Shown one piece after another: positions 45,553-60,125 of a stretch of DNA of 64,000 nt. The stretch covers positions 124,001 through 188,000 of the forward strand of contig NIVC01001798.1 of NCBI GenBank assembly GCA_002269645.1, given 5' to 3'. The position numbers and the translations under genes were made by a program. The DNA comes from Macrostomum lignano (Eukaryota). The notes below the pieces were generated by a model that saw nothing but the letters and a program-made list of their open reading frames with translations, made no database searches and was not told the origin of the DNA. Each line of letters begins with the position of its first letter. Position 1 is the stretch's first letter.

Positions 45553-46050
45553 TGGAGCTGAGAGACAGATTCTCAAGGACTGATGAAGCTGAGAGGCAGA
45601 TTCTCAAGGACTGATGAAGCTGAGAGACAGATTCTCAAGGACTGATGAAGCTGAGAGACAGATTCTCAAGGACTGATGAAGCTGAGAGACAGATTCTCAA
45701 GGACTGATGAAGCTGAGAGGCAGATTCTCAAGGACTGATGGAGCTGAGAGGCAGATTCTCAAAAACTGATGAAGCTGAGAGGCAGATTCTCAAGGACTGA
45801 TGAAGCTGAGAGACAGATTCTCAAGGACTGATGAAGCTGAGAGACAGATTCTCAAGGACTGATGAAGCTGAGAGGCAGATTCTCAAGGACTGATGGAGCT
45901 GAGAGGCAGATTCTCAAAAACTGATGAAGCTGAGAGGCAGATTCTCAAGGACTGATGAAGCTGAGAGACAGATTCTCAAGGACTGATGAAGCTGAGAGAC
46001 AGATTCTCAAGGACTGATGGAGCTGAGAGGAAGATCCTCAAGGACTGATG
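45553..46050. repeat. 31-bp minisatellite CTGATGAAGCTGAGAGACAGATTCTCAAGGA
   Basis: About 16 copies. Confidence 0.95.
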
Positions 46051-46414
46051 GAGCGCTGAGGCATATTCTCAAGGATTGGTGAAGTGGAGAGGTGTGTGCT
46101 AATATGGGATGGATGGGAGTCATGCGAGCGCTCGAATGTCAACTTAAGGCTCCAGAATGGAAGCCTTGGCTCTACAGTAAAGGGCTGCACTGGTTAAAAA
46201 TATTCAGTTTACAGCATTTAAAACAATGATTCAGAGTTATTGTGACCTACAATCACTGGATGGTAGTCAGCGTCTGTCAAAGAGCTCTTGGACCAAGGAA
46301 AGAAACTTGCTTGCTCGAGTATTTCCGCGGTGATTTTGAAAAACTGGGTTCAAAACGAGTTTCTGTTTAGACACCATGTGTCGCTTATGGCGACGCGAGG
46401 AGCTGCCACTTTTG

Positions 46415-46745
46415 ACATGCAGCTTCTGACACAGCTTATGACACAGCTTATGACACAGCTTATGATACAGCTTATGGCACAGTTTATGACACAGCTTATG
46501 ACACAGCTTATGACACAGTTTATGACACAGCTTATTACATAGCTTATGACAGTTTGACATGCAGCTTATGACACAGCTTATGACAGAGCTTATGACACAG
46601 CTTATGACAGTTTGAAATGCAGCTTTTGACACAGCTTATGACAAGTTGACAAGCTGTGTCATAAGCTATCATAAGTTATGACAGTTTATGACATGCAGCT
46701 TATGAAACAGCATATGATACAGCTTATGACACAGCTTATGACACA
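46415..46745. repeat. 12-bp minisatellite CAGCTTATGACA
   Basis: Degenerate tandem copies. Confidence 0.92.
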
Positions 46746-47583
46746 AGCAGATGAACCTGAGCTCAACGCGCAATTCCGATAAAAATTATAAAATTATATT
46801 TTCCATTCGCTACTACTTTTTAGTGTGAACAGTAGTATAAATTAGTATAACAAACATTTTTGTTTAGAAAATAATTTTGATTCGGCGTCGATCTCGTCAA
46901 ATAATTGATCGGCTTTAAAATTTGAACTCTTTGTCATTTGAACTCTGTTCTGCTCTAATTAGGTCAGTCTACTTTTCTCAGAAACGGAAACAGTACAACT
47001 GACATCCCCATTAGCAGGGTCAACTTGCTGAATGGAGAGACAAGGAAAGGGGATTATTGAGAAGCGGATGGCGAGAAAGAGAAGGGGGAGAAAATACCGG
47101 AGAGACACTGGCATGGACGGAAGATGCAGGGGAGGGCGTGAAGTCTGAGGTGGCATGTAGGAGTGGTGACCTCCCCCATGCCTCCCAAAACCGTCCCCAT
47201 CAGTGCGTGGCGATGCATTGATGAGTTTTGAGCAGGCATTGCCAGGCTCAAAGAGACGGAGTGAGAGAGGGGGGAGAGATAGGGGAGTCGGAGCCGGGGC
47301 ATGATTGGGAATGGACTGCATGTAGGAGCCCGGATTGGTGCTGGCTATGGACGTGGATAGCGCCAGTCTACTCGTTCCTTCCTCCATGGATATTTAAAAA
47401 AAATGAAGTTTCGCCACTCTCTACTGAGCAGTGCCGATAGACTCAGTACAGCTGTAGTTGGCCAGTGTTAGCATTATAGCAACGTAATAACGGCTCGGCG
47501 GCCTCTGGAGGCGAAAACTTGGCCTCCTAGTATATAGGCTAAAAAGAAGGCACATAGTGCGTGTTCCCTCCTCAGCTTCCCTC

Positions 47584-47596
47584 TCCATCTTTTCTT

Positions 47597-47652
<56 letters not shown>
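47584..47652. repeat. (CT)n microsatellite upstream of the 47709 gene
   Basis: Direct reading. Confidence 0.95.
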
Positions 47653-47657
<5 letters not shown>

Positions 47658-47708
47658 TCGTCACTCACTCTCACTCGTTCCCGGGCTCGCCCGAAGACAG
47701 ACCAGAGA

Positions 47709-49263
47709 ATGTCTGTCAGCGCTGCAGGGGGCGCTGACGGAGTGCCTGAAATTGTCAAACCCGCAGGAGCCAGAGGGGAAACATTGCTGTTCACGCAGCA
47801 GCAGCAGCAGCAGCAGCAGCAGCCGATCGATAGGCACTCAAGAATCGACAGGAGTCCGCGGAGGACCGATTTAAACGGAGGCAGCAGCAGTGGCGGAGGG
47901 GACGCCATCAGGCAGCCGCTGTTGTTAACTGAAGCCTCCGAGCAGCCGACAGCGGCCGCGAGTCTTGCCAACAAAATGACAGCCAGCGCCAGCAGCAGCA
48001 ACGGAGGCGGCGGAGGGGACAAGTCAAAGCGAAAGCAGATTATGACCAGAGCTAGGAAGCATCCGACTGTTGATCGAATTATCACTGTGCTGCAGGTGAT
48101 TAAAGTTGTTAGAAATTGCATGACTCTGCACATTGTAATTATTTAATTAAATTAACTGATTACACCTGCCCTAATGGCCAGATGTGCAACCGACAGCTCA
48201 GCCGCAGCTATTGCGCGGCGCATCTGAAGGCTGCGTACGGCTGTTCAGTCCAAGGACTGGGGGATCACTACACAGACCCTCAATTATCCCAGCTAATGCT
48301 GATACCCATTTTACAGCTGGGTGAACTGAAGCAATGCAGAGTCAATTCATATTCTATAGTCATGGTCTATAACAATAGCAATTTAGTGCCCCCCTTCTGG
48401 GCAGCCAATCAGCAGGGATAAAAATTATTTATTTTGCCTTGACATCTCAGCAATCCCCCCCAAGCCTTGAAATTTCAGTAATTCTCCCAAGCCTTGACAT
48501 TTCAGTAATTCTCCCCAAGCCTTGACATCTCAGCAATTCCCCCCCCAAGCCTTGAAATTTCAGTAATTCCCCAAGCCATGACATCTCAGCAATTCCCCCC
48601 AAGCCTTGACATCTCAGCAATTCCCCCAAGCCTTGAAATTTCAGTAATTCCCCCAAGCCTTGACATCTCAGCAATTCCCCTAAGCCTTGACATCTCAGCA
48701 ATTCCCCCAAGCCTTGAAATTTCAGTAATTCCCCCAAGCCATGACATCTCAGCAATTCCCCCAAGCCATGACATCTCAGCAATTCCCCCAAGCCATGACA
48801 TCTCAGCAATTCCCCCCAAGCCTTGAAATTTCAGTAATTCCCCCAAGCCATGACATCTCAGCAATTCCCCCAAGCCATGACATCTCAGCAATTCCCCCAA
48901 GCCATGACATCTCAGTAATTCCCCCAAGCCTTGACATTTCAGCAATTCCCCCAAGCCTTGACATCTCAGCAATTCCCCCCAAGCCTTGACATCTCAGCAA
49001 TTCCCCCAAGCCTTGACATTTCAGCAATTCCCCCAAGCCTTGACATTTCAGCAATTCCCCCAAGCCATGACATCTCAGCAAAGTCAATGATTATATCTAA
49101 TATCTAACTGACTTGCAGGACAAACGCTTCGAGGATGACCAAGCCGACCAAATCCAGGATCTACAATTGCCGATGCTGCGAAAAGTGCTGAACGTTATCT
49201 TCATCGCTCTGGGAGTGGTCTTCCTGCTTGGAGTCATTGTCGTCATCATATACACCAGTTTGG
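47709..49263 (+). CDS. Uncharacterised single-pass membrane protein (poly-Q/Gly-Ser N-terminus, C-terminal TM helix); last exon not resolved
   Basis: Exons 47709-48095 (phase 0) and 49119-49263 (phase 1); TM VLNVIFIALGVVFLLGVIVVIIYTSL. A phase-compatible terminal exon may be 56219-56247 (GKDEYNRNH-stop), which is speculative. Confidence 0.7.
48138..48345 (-). mobile_element. CORE-like SINE family A, 5'-truncated copy
   Basis: About 200 bp closely matching 22875-23065 (GATTACACCTGCCCTAATG...GAACTGAAGCAATGCAGAGT). Confidence 0.8.
48425..49080. repeat. 27-29-bp intronic minisatellite CCAAGCCTTGACATCTCAGCAATTCCC
   Basis: About 24 copies. Confidence 0.95.
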
Positions 49264-49689
49264 GTAAGACCTCTGTGCCTATAAATACGGTTTTCTGTGC
49301 TGTCATCACTCCCATTGAACCGCTTGCGGATGTAGATTAAGTATTTAGCATTTTATAATAGGCAGGAGGGTTATTTTTCGTCCATATTGAAACATAAATT
49401 GAGTTATGCAGCTTAAAAGCCCCAATACCAGTGTATATACGTCCATAGAGCATTTTCACGGAGTACACAGCTATACAGCTAAATGGCAAGGCTCCGTCTA
49501 GAGTTGCTTTCGACAGCCACTTCTAAATAATTTATGACTGTCCGCTTCGAATAGACTGCACGGCTTTTTGCAGATTTAAAGCCTCTGGGGATTAAGGAGT
49601 CAGTGGAGAGGGCTCACCGATTTTAGTATTTAATCGAATTATTTCTCGTGATTATGCAGTAAAATTTATTCTTTTCCTTCATTTCTCTC

Positions 49690-50365
49690 CTCTCTTCCTT
49701 GCATATCTATTTATTTCTCGCCATTTCTCACCATTTCTCTCATCTCTCCCATCTCCTCCATCTCCTCCATCTCCCCTTCTCTCCCATCTCTTCCATCTCC
49801 CCATTTCTCCCATCTTTCCCATCCCCCAATTTCTTCCATCTCCCCTGTCTAAAAACTTCTCCCATCTCTCCCATTTCTCCCATTTCTCCCAACTCCCATA
49901 CCTCCCATCTCTCTCATCTCTCCCATCTTCCCATCTCTCATCTCAACCATTTCTCCCATTTCACCCACCTCTCAATTTCTCCCATCTCTCTAATCTCACC
50001 CACCTCTCCATTTCTCCCATCTCTCTAATCTCACCCACCTCTCCATTTCTCCCATCTCTCTAATCTCACCCACCTCTCAATTTCTCCCATCTCTCTAATC
50101 TCACCCACCTCTCCATTTCTCCAATCTCTCCCATCTCACCCACCTCTCCATTTCTCCCATCTCACCCACCTCTCCATTTCTCCCATCTCTCCCATCTCCT
50201 CCATCTCTCCATTTCTCCCATCTCTCCCATCTCCCCATTTCTCCCATTTCTTCCAAGTCCCCAGCTCTCTCATCTCGCTGTTTCTCCCCATCTCTCCCAT
50301 ATGTCCCATCTCCCCATATCCTTATCTCTCCCATCTCTCCAATTATAAATCTCTTCCATCTCTCC
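49690..50365. repeat. Polypyrimidine (CTCCCAT)-type low-complexity repeat
   Basis: Direct reading. Confidence 0.9.
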
Positions 50366-50948
50366 CATCTGCCTGTGCTATTACATACTGAATTCTAAAA
50401 CCAAGACAAAAGTTGGAATCTGAAGTCCGAGCGATCAAGAAGCTAAACTGATTTCTTAGAAACAGTTTGAAAGAGTTGCAGACATTAAAAAAGTACGTTG
50501 AAAAAGTTTTTTTAATTCGACGACTGCACTTTTATTAAGTATAAAATTAGAGCTTTGATTAATTATTCGGCTGGCAAAATCGCGTACCCCAGTTTCAGCA
50601 AGCGCACGAGCTAGGGAGGAGTGAGTCAAGTCGAGTGGTCCATAATAAGAGCCACTTGAGCAGCAGTAATTCTGGTTTATAATCTTTACCTTCTTCGGTG
50701 CAGAGGAATGAGAGTGAACTGTTAAAACAGTTAAATTAGTTTAAATCTCTTGGCAGTGCACTTTTTAATTTTTTTCTCTGTATGCAATCTACCTTTTAAA
50801 CTCTTTGTATGAAATAATAGACATTTGAATGCATGCCTTTTAATCATTACTATTCACTACATTTTTCAGTTCTGACTATGTACTTTTCTCTGCCATAAAT
50901 AAATATCTGACATAACATAGGACCATAGGAACATGCCTAGCCTAGACT

Positions 50949-50987
50949 GATAGATAGATAGATAGATAGATAGATAAATAGATAGAC

Positions 50988-51022
<35 letters not shown>

Positions 51023-51023
51023 C

Positions 51024-51097
<74 letters not shown>
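50949..51097. repeat. (GATA)n, left of the 273-bp array
   Basis: Direct reading. Confidence 0.97.
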
Positions 51098-53120
<2,023 letters not shown>

Positions 53121-53490
53121 GTAGAAGAAGAAAAATCTAGGCTAAGCTAAACCGAGCGCCCTCAAAAAGGGCAATCGTCTGCAGTATGGAACTTTCGAAA
53201 GGCCAAAAGATTTCATGTGGAAAAAGTATAGATCAACTGCATGGGAACGTTCTGACTGTGGAGGTCAACAAAGATGGCACAGTGGCAGCGTAGGCGACAT
53301 CCTTGTTCCTCGGTGTTTCAACCAACACAGGACTATTCCAGACTATAGGCTATGCTAGCTTTGTCTATGGTAGACTTGTCTGACTTTGCGTTTCTGTATT
53401 TATCAAAATCAATTAAAGAATAGTTTTTAATTCAAAGCTACCCTATATACAAAGATTTTTCCACTCTGAAAGCCGGATTTGAAAAGAACT

Positions 53491-53943
53491 GGCTTTGATT
53501 GACTTGTCTATGGCCGAGTGCAGCTCTGTGGCAGTGTGGCTTTGATTTGCTTTATTGTCTAGCAAATTTCTTTATGTTTTATAGTGCCAAGGCACCTTAA
53601 AATAGAAAGTTTTATGGCCGAGTGCAGTTCTGTGGCAGTGGCTTTGATTGGCTTTATTGTCTATGGCCGAGTGCAGTTCTGTGGTAGTGGCTTTGATTGG
53701 CTTTATTGTCTATGACCGAGTGCAGTTTTGTGGCAGTGTGGCTTTGATTGGCTTTATTGTCTATGGCCGAGTGCAGCTCTGTGGCAGTGGCTTTGATTGG
53801 CTTTATTGTCTATGACCGAGTGCAGTTTTGTGGCAGTGTGGCTTTGATTGGCTTTATTGTCTATGGCCGAGTGCAGTTCTGTGGCAGTGTGGCTTTGATT
53901 GGCTTTATTGTCTATGGCCGAGTGCAGCTCTGTGGCAGTGGCT
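53491..53943. repeat. 49/51-bp dispersed minisatellite family, locus 3
   Basis: Same unit and orientation as 24656-25190; both end in GTGGCAGTGGCTGCT. Confidence 0.93.
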
Positions 53944-54907
53944 GCTCCTGCAAGGAATGTGGACAAAGGCAATAGACACGATCTCATATGTTGAGAATCT
54001 GACACGATACAGTCATGAAACTCTTTGAATAATGAATTTTACAGATGAATTTTTTAACAAAACAATGTTTTTTGCATAATTAATTGGGGTTTAAAACAAA
54101 GAAACATTGATACGAACTATAGCCGTAATAACTTTTTTTGTAAAAACAAAATGCATAGATACTTAGGGTTAAAATCAATAAAATGATTTCAAGCTCACAT
54201 ACTACGACCTTAGGTACCTTAGGTAGTTTATGCAACTATAGTCACTACTCACTATCTGATAAGTTAATTATTGAATAGTTAAATGGAAATGAGACTGTCT
54301 GTTTCTGTGTATATGCATATCCCTCTATCTGTTTTGGATGTGGCTCTGTTCTACTGCGAGCTGCATACATACATGTAGTTGCTACATAAAGAGAGGATGC
54401 GATAGAGAAAGTTGATAATTGCATTTGACCAGAGCTTAATGCTGTTTGTTGATGCAATGCAGTACATATACAGCTATATGTTACTGTATGTAAGCCAAGA
54501 CTATGCGATGCATGATCTGCACACTGGGCCATATGAGGGAATATACGTAATGCAAAGACTCTCGCTATGCACACCCCATCTCACCCCAGATAAATAGCTC
54601 GTATATGCGTGCCCTATCTCACTGATGCATGCAATGTTTCTCCTAGCATTTGGTTGGGGGTGGGAATCAAAAGCTCGCGAATTGATGCGGTGCGTGTATG
54701 GCAAATGGTTGAGTAGGCAGATGGCAGACTTACGGGCAGCAAGCCAATGCTCTGCACTGCAGCTCCATTCTAAGGGGAAGTGCAGAGGATGGAGAATGCA
54801 GCAATTATGGGATAGGGGAGCATTGATGGAATCTGCAGTCATGCTGGGCCTTGTCGGGCAGCGTAAGTGCAAGTTGTGAGAGGGGAAATATATTGGGGAT
54901 AGTTGCA

Positions 54908-55935
54908 GGCAACAGAGGAGTGATGGTGAGGCAACAGGGGAGTGATGGTGAGGCAACAGGGGAGGGAGGGTGAGGCAACAGGGGAGTGATGGTGAGGCAA
55001 CAGGGGAGTGATGGTGAGGCAACAGGGGAGGGAGGGTGAGGCAACAGGGGAGTGATGGTGAGGCAACAGGGGAGTGATGGTGAGGCAACAGGGGAGTGAT
55101 GGTGAGGCAACAGGGGAGGGAGGGTGAGGCAACAGGGGAGTGATGGTGAGGCAACAGGGGAGTGATGGTGAGGCAACAGGGGAGTGATGGTGAGGCAACA
55201 GGGGAGTGATGGTGAGGCAACAGGGGAGGGAGGGTGAGGCAACAGGGGAGTGATGGTGAGGCAACAGGGGAGTGATGGTGAGGCAACAGGGGAGTGATGG
55301 TGAGGCAACAGGGGAGGGAGGGTGAGGCAACAGGGGAGTGATGGTGAGGCAACAGGGGAGGGAGGGTGAGGCAACAGGGGAGTGATGGTGAGGCAACAGG
55401 GGAGTGATGGTGAGGCAACAGGGGAGTGATGGTGAGGCAACAGGGGAGTGATGGTGAGGCAACAGGGGAGTGATGGTGAGGCAACAGGGGAGGGAGGGTG
55501 AGGCAACAGGGGAGGGAAGGTGATGCAACAGGGGAGTGATGGTGAGGCAACAGGGGAGTGATGGTGAGGCAACAGGGGAGGGAGGGTGAGGCAACAGGGG
55601 AGTGATGGTGAGGCAACAGGGGAGTGATGGTGAGGCAACATGGGAGTGATGGTGAGGCAACAGGGGAGTGATGGTGAGGCAACAGGGGAGGGAGGGTGAG
55701 GCAACAGGGGAGGGAAGGTGATGCAACAGGGGAGTGATGGTGAGGCAACAGGGGAGTGATGGTGAGGCAACAGGGGAGGGAGGGTGAGGCAACAGGGGAG
55801 GGAAGGTGATGCAACAGGGGAGTGATGGTGAGGCAACAGGGGAGGGAGGGTGATGCAACAGGGGAGGGAGGGTGAGGCAACAGGGGAGGAGGGTGAGGCA
55901 ACAGGGGAGGAGGGTGAGGCAACAGGGAGGGAGGG
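54908..55935. repeat. 22-bp G-rich minisatellite GGTGAGGCAACAGGGGAG(TGAT/GGAG)
   Basis: About 46 copies. Confidence 0.96.
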
Positions 55936-57246
55936 AGAATGCCTCTAGTATGTGACTAAATTAGTGACCGTTAAGTTTACATCAGCCATGCCAAAGTACA
56001 GGTAGCTGTGTGATGTGGTTTTACACTCAGTGCTTGACAGTGTGAATATTAGTGCTAAAGCCTGCTTGAAGATGATTGCTCCGACTCAGCGTTACCTTAA
56101 TATTGCGTGTAAAATAGATCAATTAATCCTGACCTTGTCTTTTTCTACTATTAGTAGCAACAATTGAATATTGTGCCAAATATTTATGTAATGAATTATT
56201 CCCAATTTTTATTTTCAGGTAAGGACGAGTACAACAGAAATCACTGATTCATTTGGTTAATCTTCTACTGTCTGTCTTACAATTGATTGCCTGTGATTTG
56301 TTTATTGATTGCTGGATTAATTGATTGTTTAATTGGCAATTTCAACCATTTAAAATGACATTTTTATAGCTACGCCGTAATTGTATTAAATTTGCATGCA
56401 TACAATCAGCTATATATTATAATGTAAGAAAATTTCATACAAAATATTATTATAGATTTTACAATTTGCCATGAAAACAAAACATTCTGCTGTGCATTCT
56501 GTAATAAATTTTCTGCATAAAATACGCTACGGAATACTACTCGCACTTCAGCATATTTAATCGTTAAGTTCGTATTTATTGGTCTTGCATTTATTTGCTG
56601 TAAGCTAATTTCCTGCTCAGCTTTTTGTATTCAAGATCGTATTTTTATTAATCAGCGCAATGACAGCTAATTTGAAATCTGCAAGTAAGTTTAATGCAAC
56701 GGTAGCATGTAACACACCTACATGTAGTAGGCAAGGACTACTCAAAGTAGATAGATAGACTTTGTAACCGTAGAATACAATCGCCATGCTGTGCTTAAAA
56801 TCGTAAAAATGGCACAGACAGCTCGACTCATGCTTATTAGCTTTATATATTGAATCTATTTTATCATTTTTAGCTTAATGACTGTATAAAAAACGTATAA
56901 CAGAATGAATGATAAAAATAGAATTCATAAAACCATTTTATCATTTTAGGCATACTGTAAGGGCATATTGTAAGAACATACAGTATTCGTTCTATGATAA
57001 GCTTGCATATAAAATTAACATAGAATCCCAACTGTCTAATGTAAAAGTTTTGTTAATATCAATATAGAGCTATCGATAAGAAAGGCAAGACATAAAAGAT
57101 TAACTTTTGGGTCTCTTGATCTATCAAAAGCAATTCAATATAAAAGCAATTTTTGTGCTGAAAAATGAAACATTTCTATTATCTACGTAATGTATATATT
57201 TTTCAGTAAAAGTTGCCTTCGAAAAAATTCCAATTGACGGTACATG

Positions 57247-57538
57247 CAGGGCGTCGCCTTGGATTTTATGGTGGGGGGGACAAAGCCAAGAATACAACAT
57301 GTACATGTACATGACTAAATTCCTACATTTTCATTATTTTGAGAATCGGTGTTGTCACCACTAATTTTGGCGCCGCAGGCACTCGTTTTACCGCCGAAGG
57401 CGCTATATTTTGCGCCCTTAAAAATTATTGATTACCACAACGGGTCAGATCTAGAAGAGTACAGGGTGGGGGGGGACACCCATAGCTTTACTGGGGAGAC
57501 ATGTCCCCCAGCTGTCCCCCCTAGTGGTGACGCGCCTG
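57247..57538. mobile_element. hAT-type MITE, 292 bp
   Basis: Imperfect TIRs CAGGGCGTCGCC / GGTGACGCGCCTG; 8-bp TSD GGTACATG / CGTACATG (7/8). Confidence 0.7.
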
Positions 57539-57592
57539 CGTACATGTCAGTACTTTCCCGTCCTACTTTAGTAGTAGTCCCTTTGGTAGTAT

Positions 57593-58498
57593 GAGACTAT
57601 ACCTACGGCTAATGACGGCTTCCTGCTGCGCAGACGCATCGGTCGTCGCCACGGCGAAAAGCGCCTAAGCGTGCTTGTTGGCTACGCCGACGACCTCGCC
57701 CTCCTGTCCTCGTCCGTTGAAGGCGCCCAGCGCCAGATCGACAGTCTTGGTCGAGGTGGCATTGAGCGTCGGTCTGATCGTCAACACGCTGAAGACCGAG
57801 GTGCTGACTGTGCCGGCCGACATCCCAGCGGACGTGACGTGCCGCGGCGCAGACGGGCAGACGACCAAGCTCGCACGCTGACAGCGGTTCACCTACCTCG
57901 GCGGTCTGGTGCCCTACGTAGAAGAGGACCTCCGGCGGCGCAGAGGACTTGCCTGGGCGGCCTTTCGTTCGATCCGAGCCGTCCTCCAGTCTGAAGCGCT
58001 GCCCGACCGCCAGAGGGCTCGGCTGTGGCTGTGGCAGGCGGTGGTCGAAACCGTCCTGCTATACAACGCCGAGACGTGGACGCTGACGGCTACGCTGGAG
58101 CGGCAGCTGGACTCGGCGCACTCAGGGCTGCTCCGTGCGGCCTTTCGAGCTGACGAGAGCGTCGGGACCGAGGCCCTGTACGATCGGGCCAAGCTGCAGC
58201 GCGCGTCCATCATCCTGCGCCGGCGGCGACTTCAACTGGCGGGCCACGTGATCCGGGCCGAGGGCTACTGCCCCCAACCTGTTCAGGACGTCCTGCTGCT
58301 TACCTTGCTGGGCCCGTTCAGGCGGGGTCAGGCCCGAACCCGTCGATACGTGGACTGCCTGCCGTGCGACGCTGGGGCGCCCGACACAGCCAACGGAGCG
58401 GACTTCGTTCGCTCCCAGGCTCTGCGGCGCGCCATCTGACGCGCCCTGTTTTAACTGTGACCTTTGCTTGCGGGCCGCGTATTTTGTTGTTGTTGTTG
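57593..58498 (+). mobile_element. 5'-truncated, decayed RTE-like non-LTR retrotransposon (RT C-terminal half)
   Basis: GYADDLALL, GLIVNTLKT, FTYLG, LLYNAETWTL, GHVIR; one frameshift and one in-frame stop; (TTG)n tail; 11-bp TSD TTTGGTAGTAT at 57582-57592 and 58499-58509. Confidence 0.9.
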
Positions 58499-58931
58499 TT
58501 TGGTAGTATAGGATGGCCACAATCCACGCAATGTGTGACCAATGACAAACTGAAGTAGATGCAAGGAAGGACCACAGAAGTAGCAGTAGATACTGCTACA
58601 TGAGTAGATGGTGGAGGCTACTCTAGTTTTTCTTACATGTAGAAATGATCGCTGGATTAGATATATGTATTTGTTGTATCATATACATAATGCCTGCATT
58701 TATTTAGTCACATATGTGCTTTCGGGACAGTTTTTGACAGAATTTGTCGATGAAGAAATCCCATCAGCGGTATGCGTTCCTTAGAGCATATACTAAACGC
58801 ACTTCCTACTAGCGCTTGTAAAGTGTGCACGCTTGTAATCGACACAGTCATATGGTTTGACCTGCAAAGACTGCTAAATATATAAGTGTATAGTCGCTGA
58901 TGCAATGCAATTGGGGTTAGGGTGTGCATGA

Positions 58932-59302
58932 GGGGGCCGTAGCCCAGCGGTCTAGCGCAGGCTCTGGTGTGCCAGCGACCCAGGCTCGATTCCAAGTGCA
59001 GTCACATTAATTTGGGGCTGAATTGGAATCTCGGTTTGGCTCTGCTCGTGCAATTAACGGCCTTGAGAGCCAACCCCCCCCCAAGGCGCAGTGAAGTGTA
59101 CATGCCTAACCATAATATAAAGTCAGGGCCGCTGTACACTCCTGTGTGAGTGTGTGCCTGCGTATGTATCCGCGCGCTTGTGCCTGCTCAGGGGAGTCGG
59201 CGGAATGGGCAGTAATGCCTCTCGCCGGTTGTGTGCCTATGTCGCTTAAGTGCGCCAGGGTGCACACAACCCCCCTGCCTCTAATAAAAAAAATAAAAAA
59301 TT
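58932..59302 (+). mobile_element. Full-length tRNA-derived SINE, family B
   Basis: A box TAGCCCAGCGG, B box GGCTCGATTCC, A-rich tail, 12-bp TSD GGGTGTGCATGA at 58920-58931 and 59303-59314. Confidence 0.88.
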
Positions 59303-59989
59303 GGGTGTGCATGACAACGATTTTTACTTAATTTGAAGTACACTTTGACCGGCCATTCAAATTGGGTAATTTTACAATAGGGACCTACTCAATTATAAAA
59401 ATATGATGAGGACGCACTTTTTCCCAAATCCCGCGCTAGCACATGGGCTCTAAACTTACTTGCCTACTAACAGTGGGCAGTGGGCATTTTTATCCTTTTT
59501 CTGCGAATTTTCATAGAATCTATACTAGATATAATGTCTGGCCATACTAGTAGTCATAATAACATAGGCGCAGCTTTTTGGGTCATAAATCATCGCTTTC
59601 GAAGCTGATCTGACAGCCACCTGCGCCTCACTCAGTGTTGAAGCGGGCGCCAGATGGTCTGAGAGGATGCGGGCGGTAGCTTTTTTCTCATCATTTTGAC
59701 AGGCCATCAAGATTTATGAGGTCAGAGCCTATTGTTCGGATTCACTCAAGCGTGTGACAGCTTTGACAGCTATGCGTTTTACCCCTAAAAGTACCTTGGG
59801 ATTAGCGATTAGCGATTTCTCTTCATTATCTTCACTTTCTATTTAATAAGAGCTTTCTAATGTATATTTTTTCATTAATTTCTGTCAATCCTACGCGAAA
59901 AGTCATAAATCATTTTGTTGCGATTTTGAGTGATTTATGGCCGCACCTGTCATCTTTTTACGACCCTGTGGGAACTGATAGGATCTCTC

Positions 59990-60125
59990 GGTCACGTGAT
60001 TCTGGGTAGCAACGAGCTTAGCCAATCAGAAAATTCGGCGCTCATTTTAACAGAACGGCTCAGCCAATCAGAATCGACGTGTTCCGTTATAACAAACTGC
60101 GGTCCAGTTGGCGGCTATTTAAACC
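59990..60125 (+). promoter_or_regulatory. Pol II promoter-like cluster, possibly U3 of an LTR-like repeat
   Basis: CACGTG 59993, AGCCAATCAGA at 60020 and 60062, TATTTAAA 60116; no downstream coding exon or LTR ends identified. Confidence 0.35.

Noticed and set aside
45553-46050. Repeated CTGATGA plus TGAGA/TCTCA stem, resembling a hammerhead or C/D-box array
   Set aside because: No GAAA after the stem, no stem I/III, and C/D spacing is too short; treated as a plain minisatellite.
58932-59010. Functional tRNA gene
   Set aside because: A/B boxes are present but no complete cloverleaf; it continues into a SINE body with A-tail and TSD.
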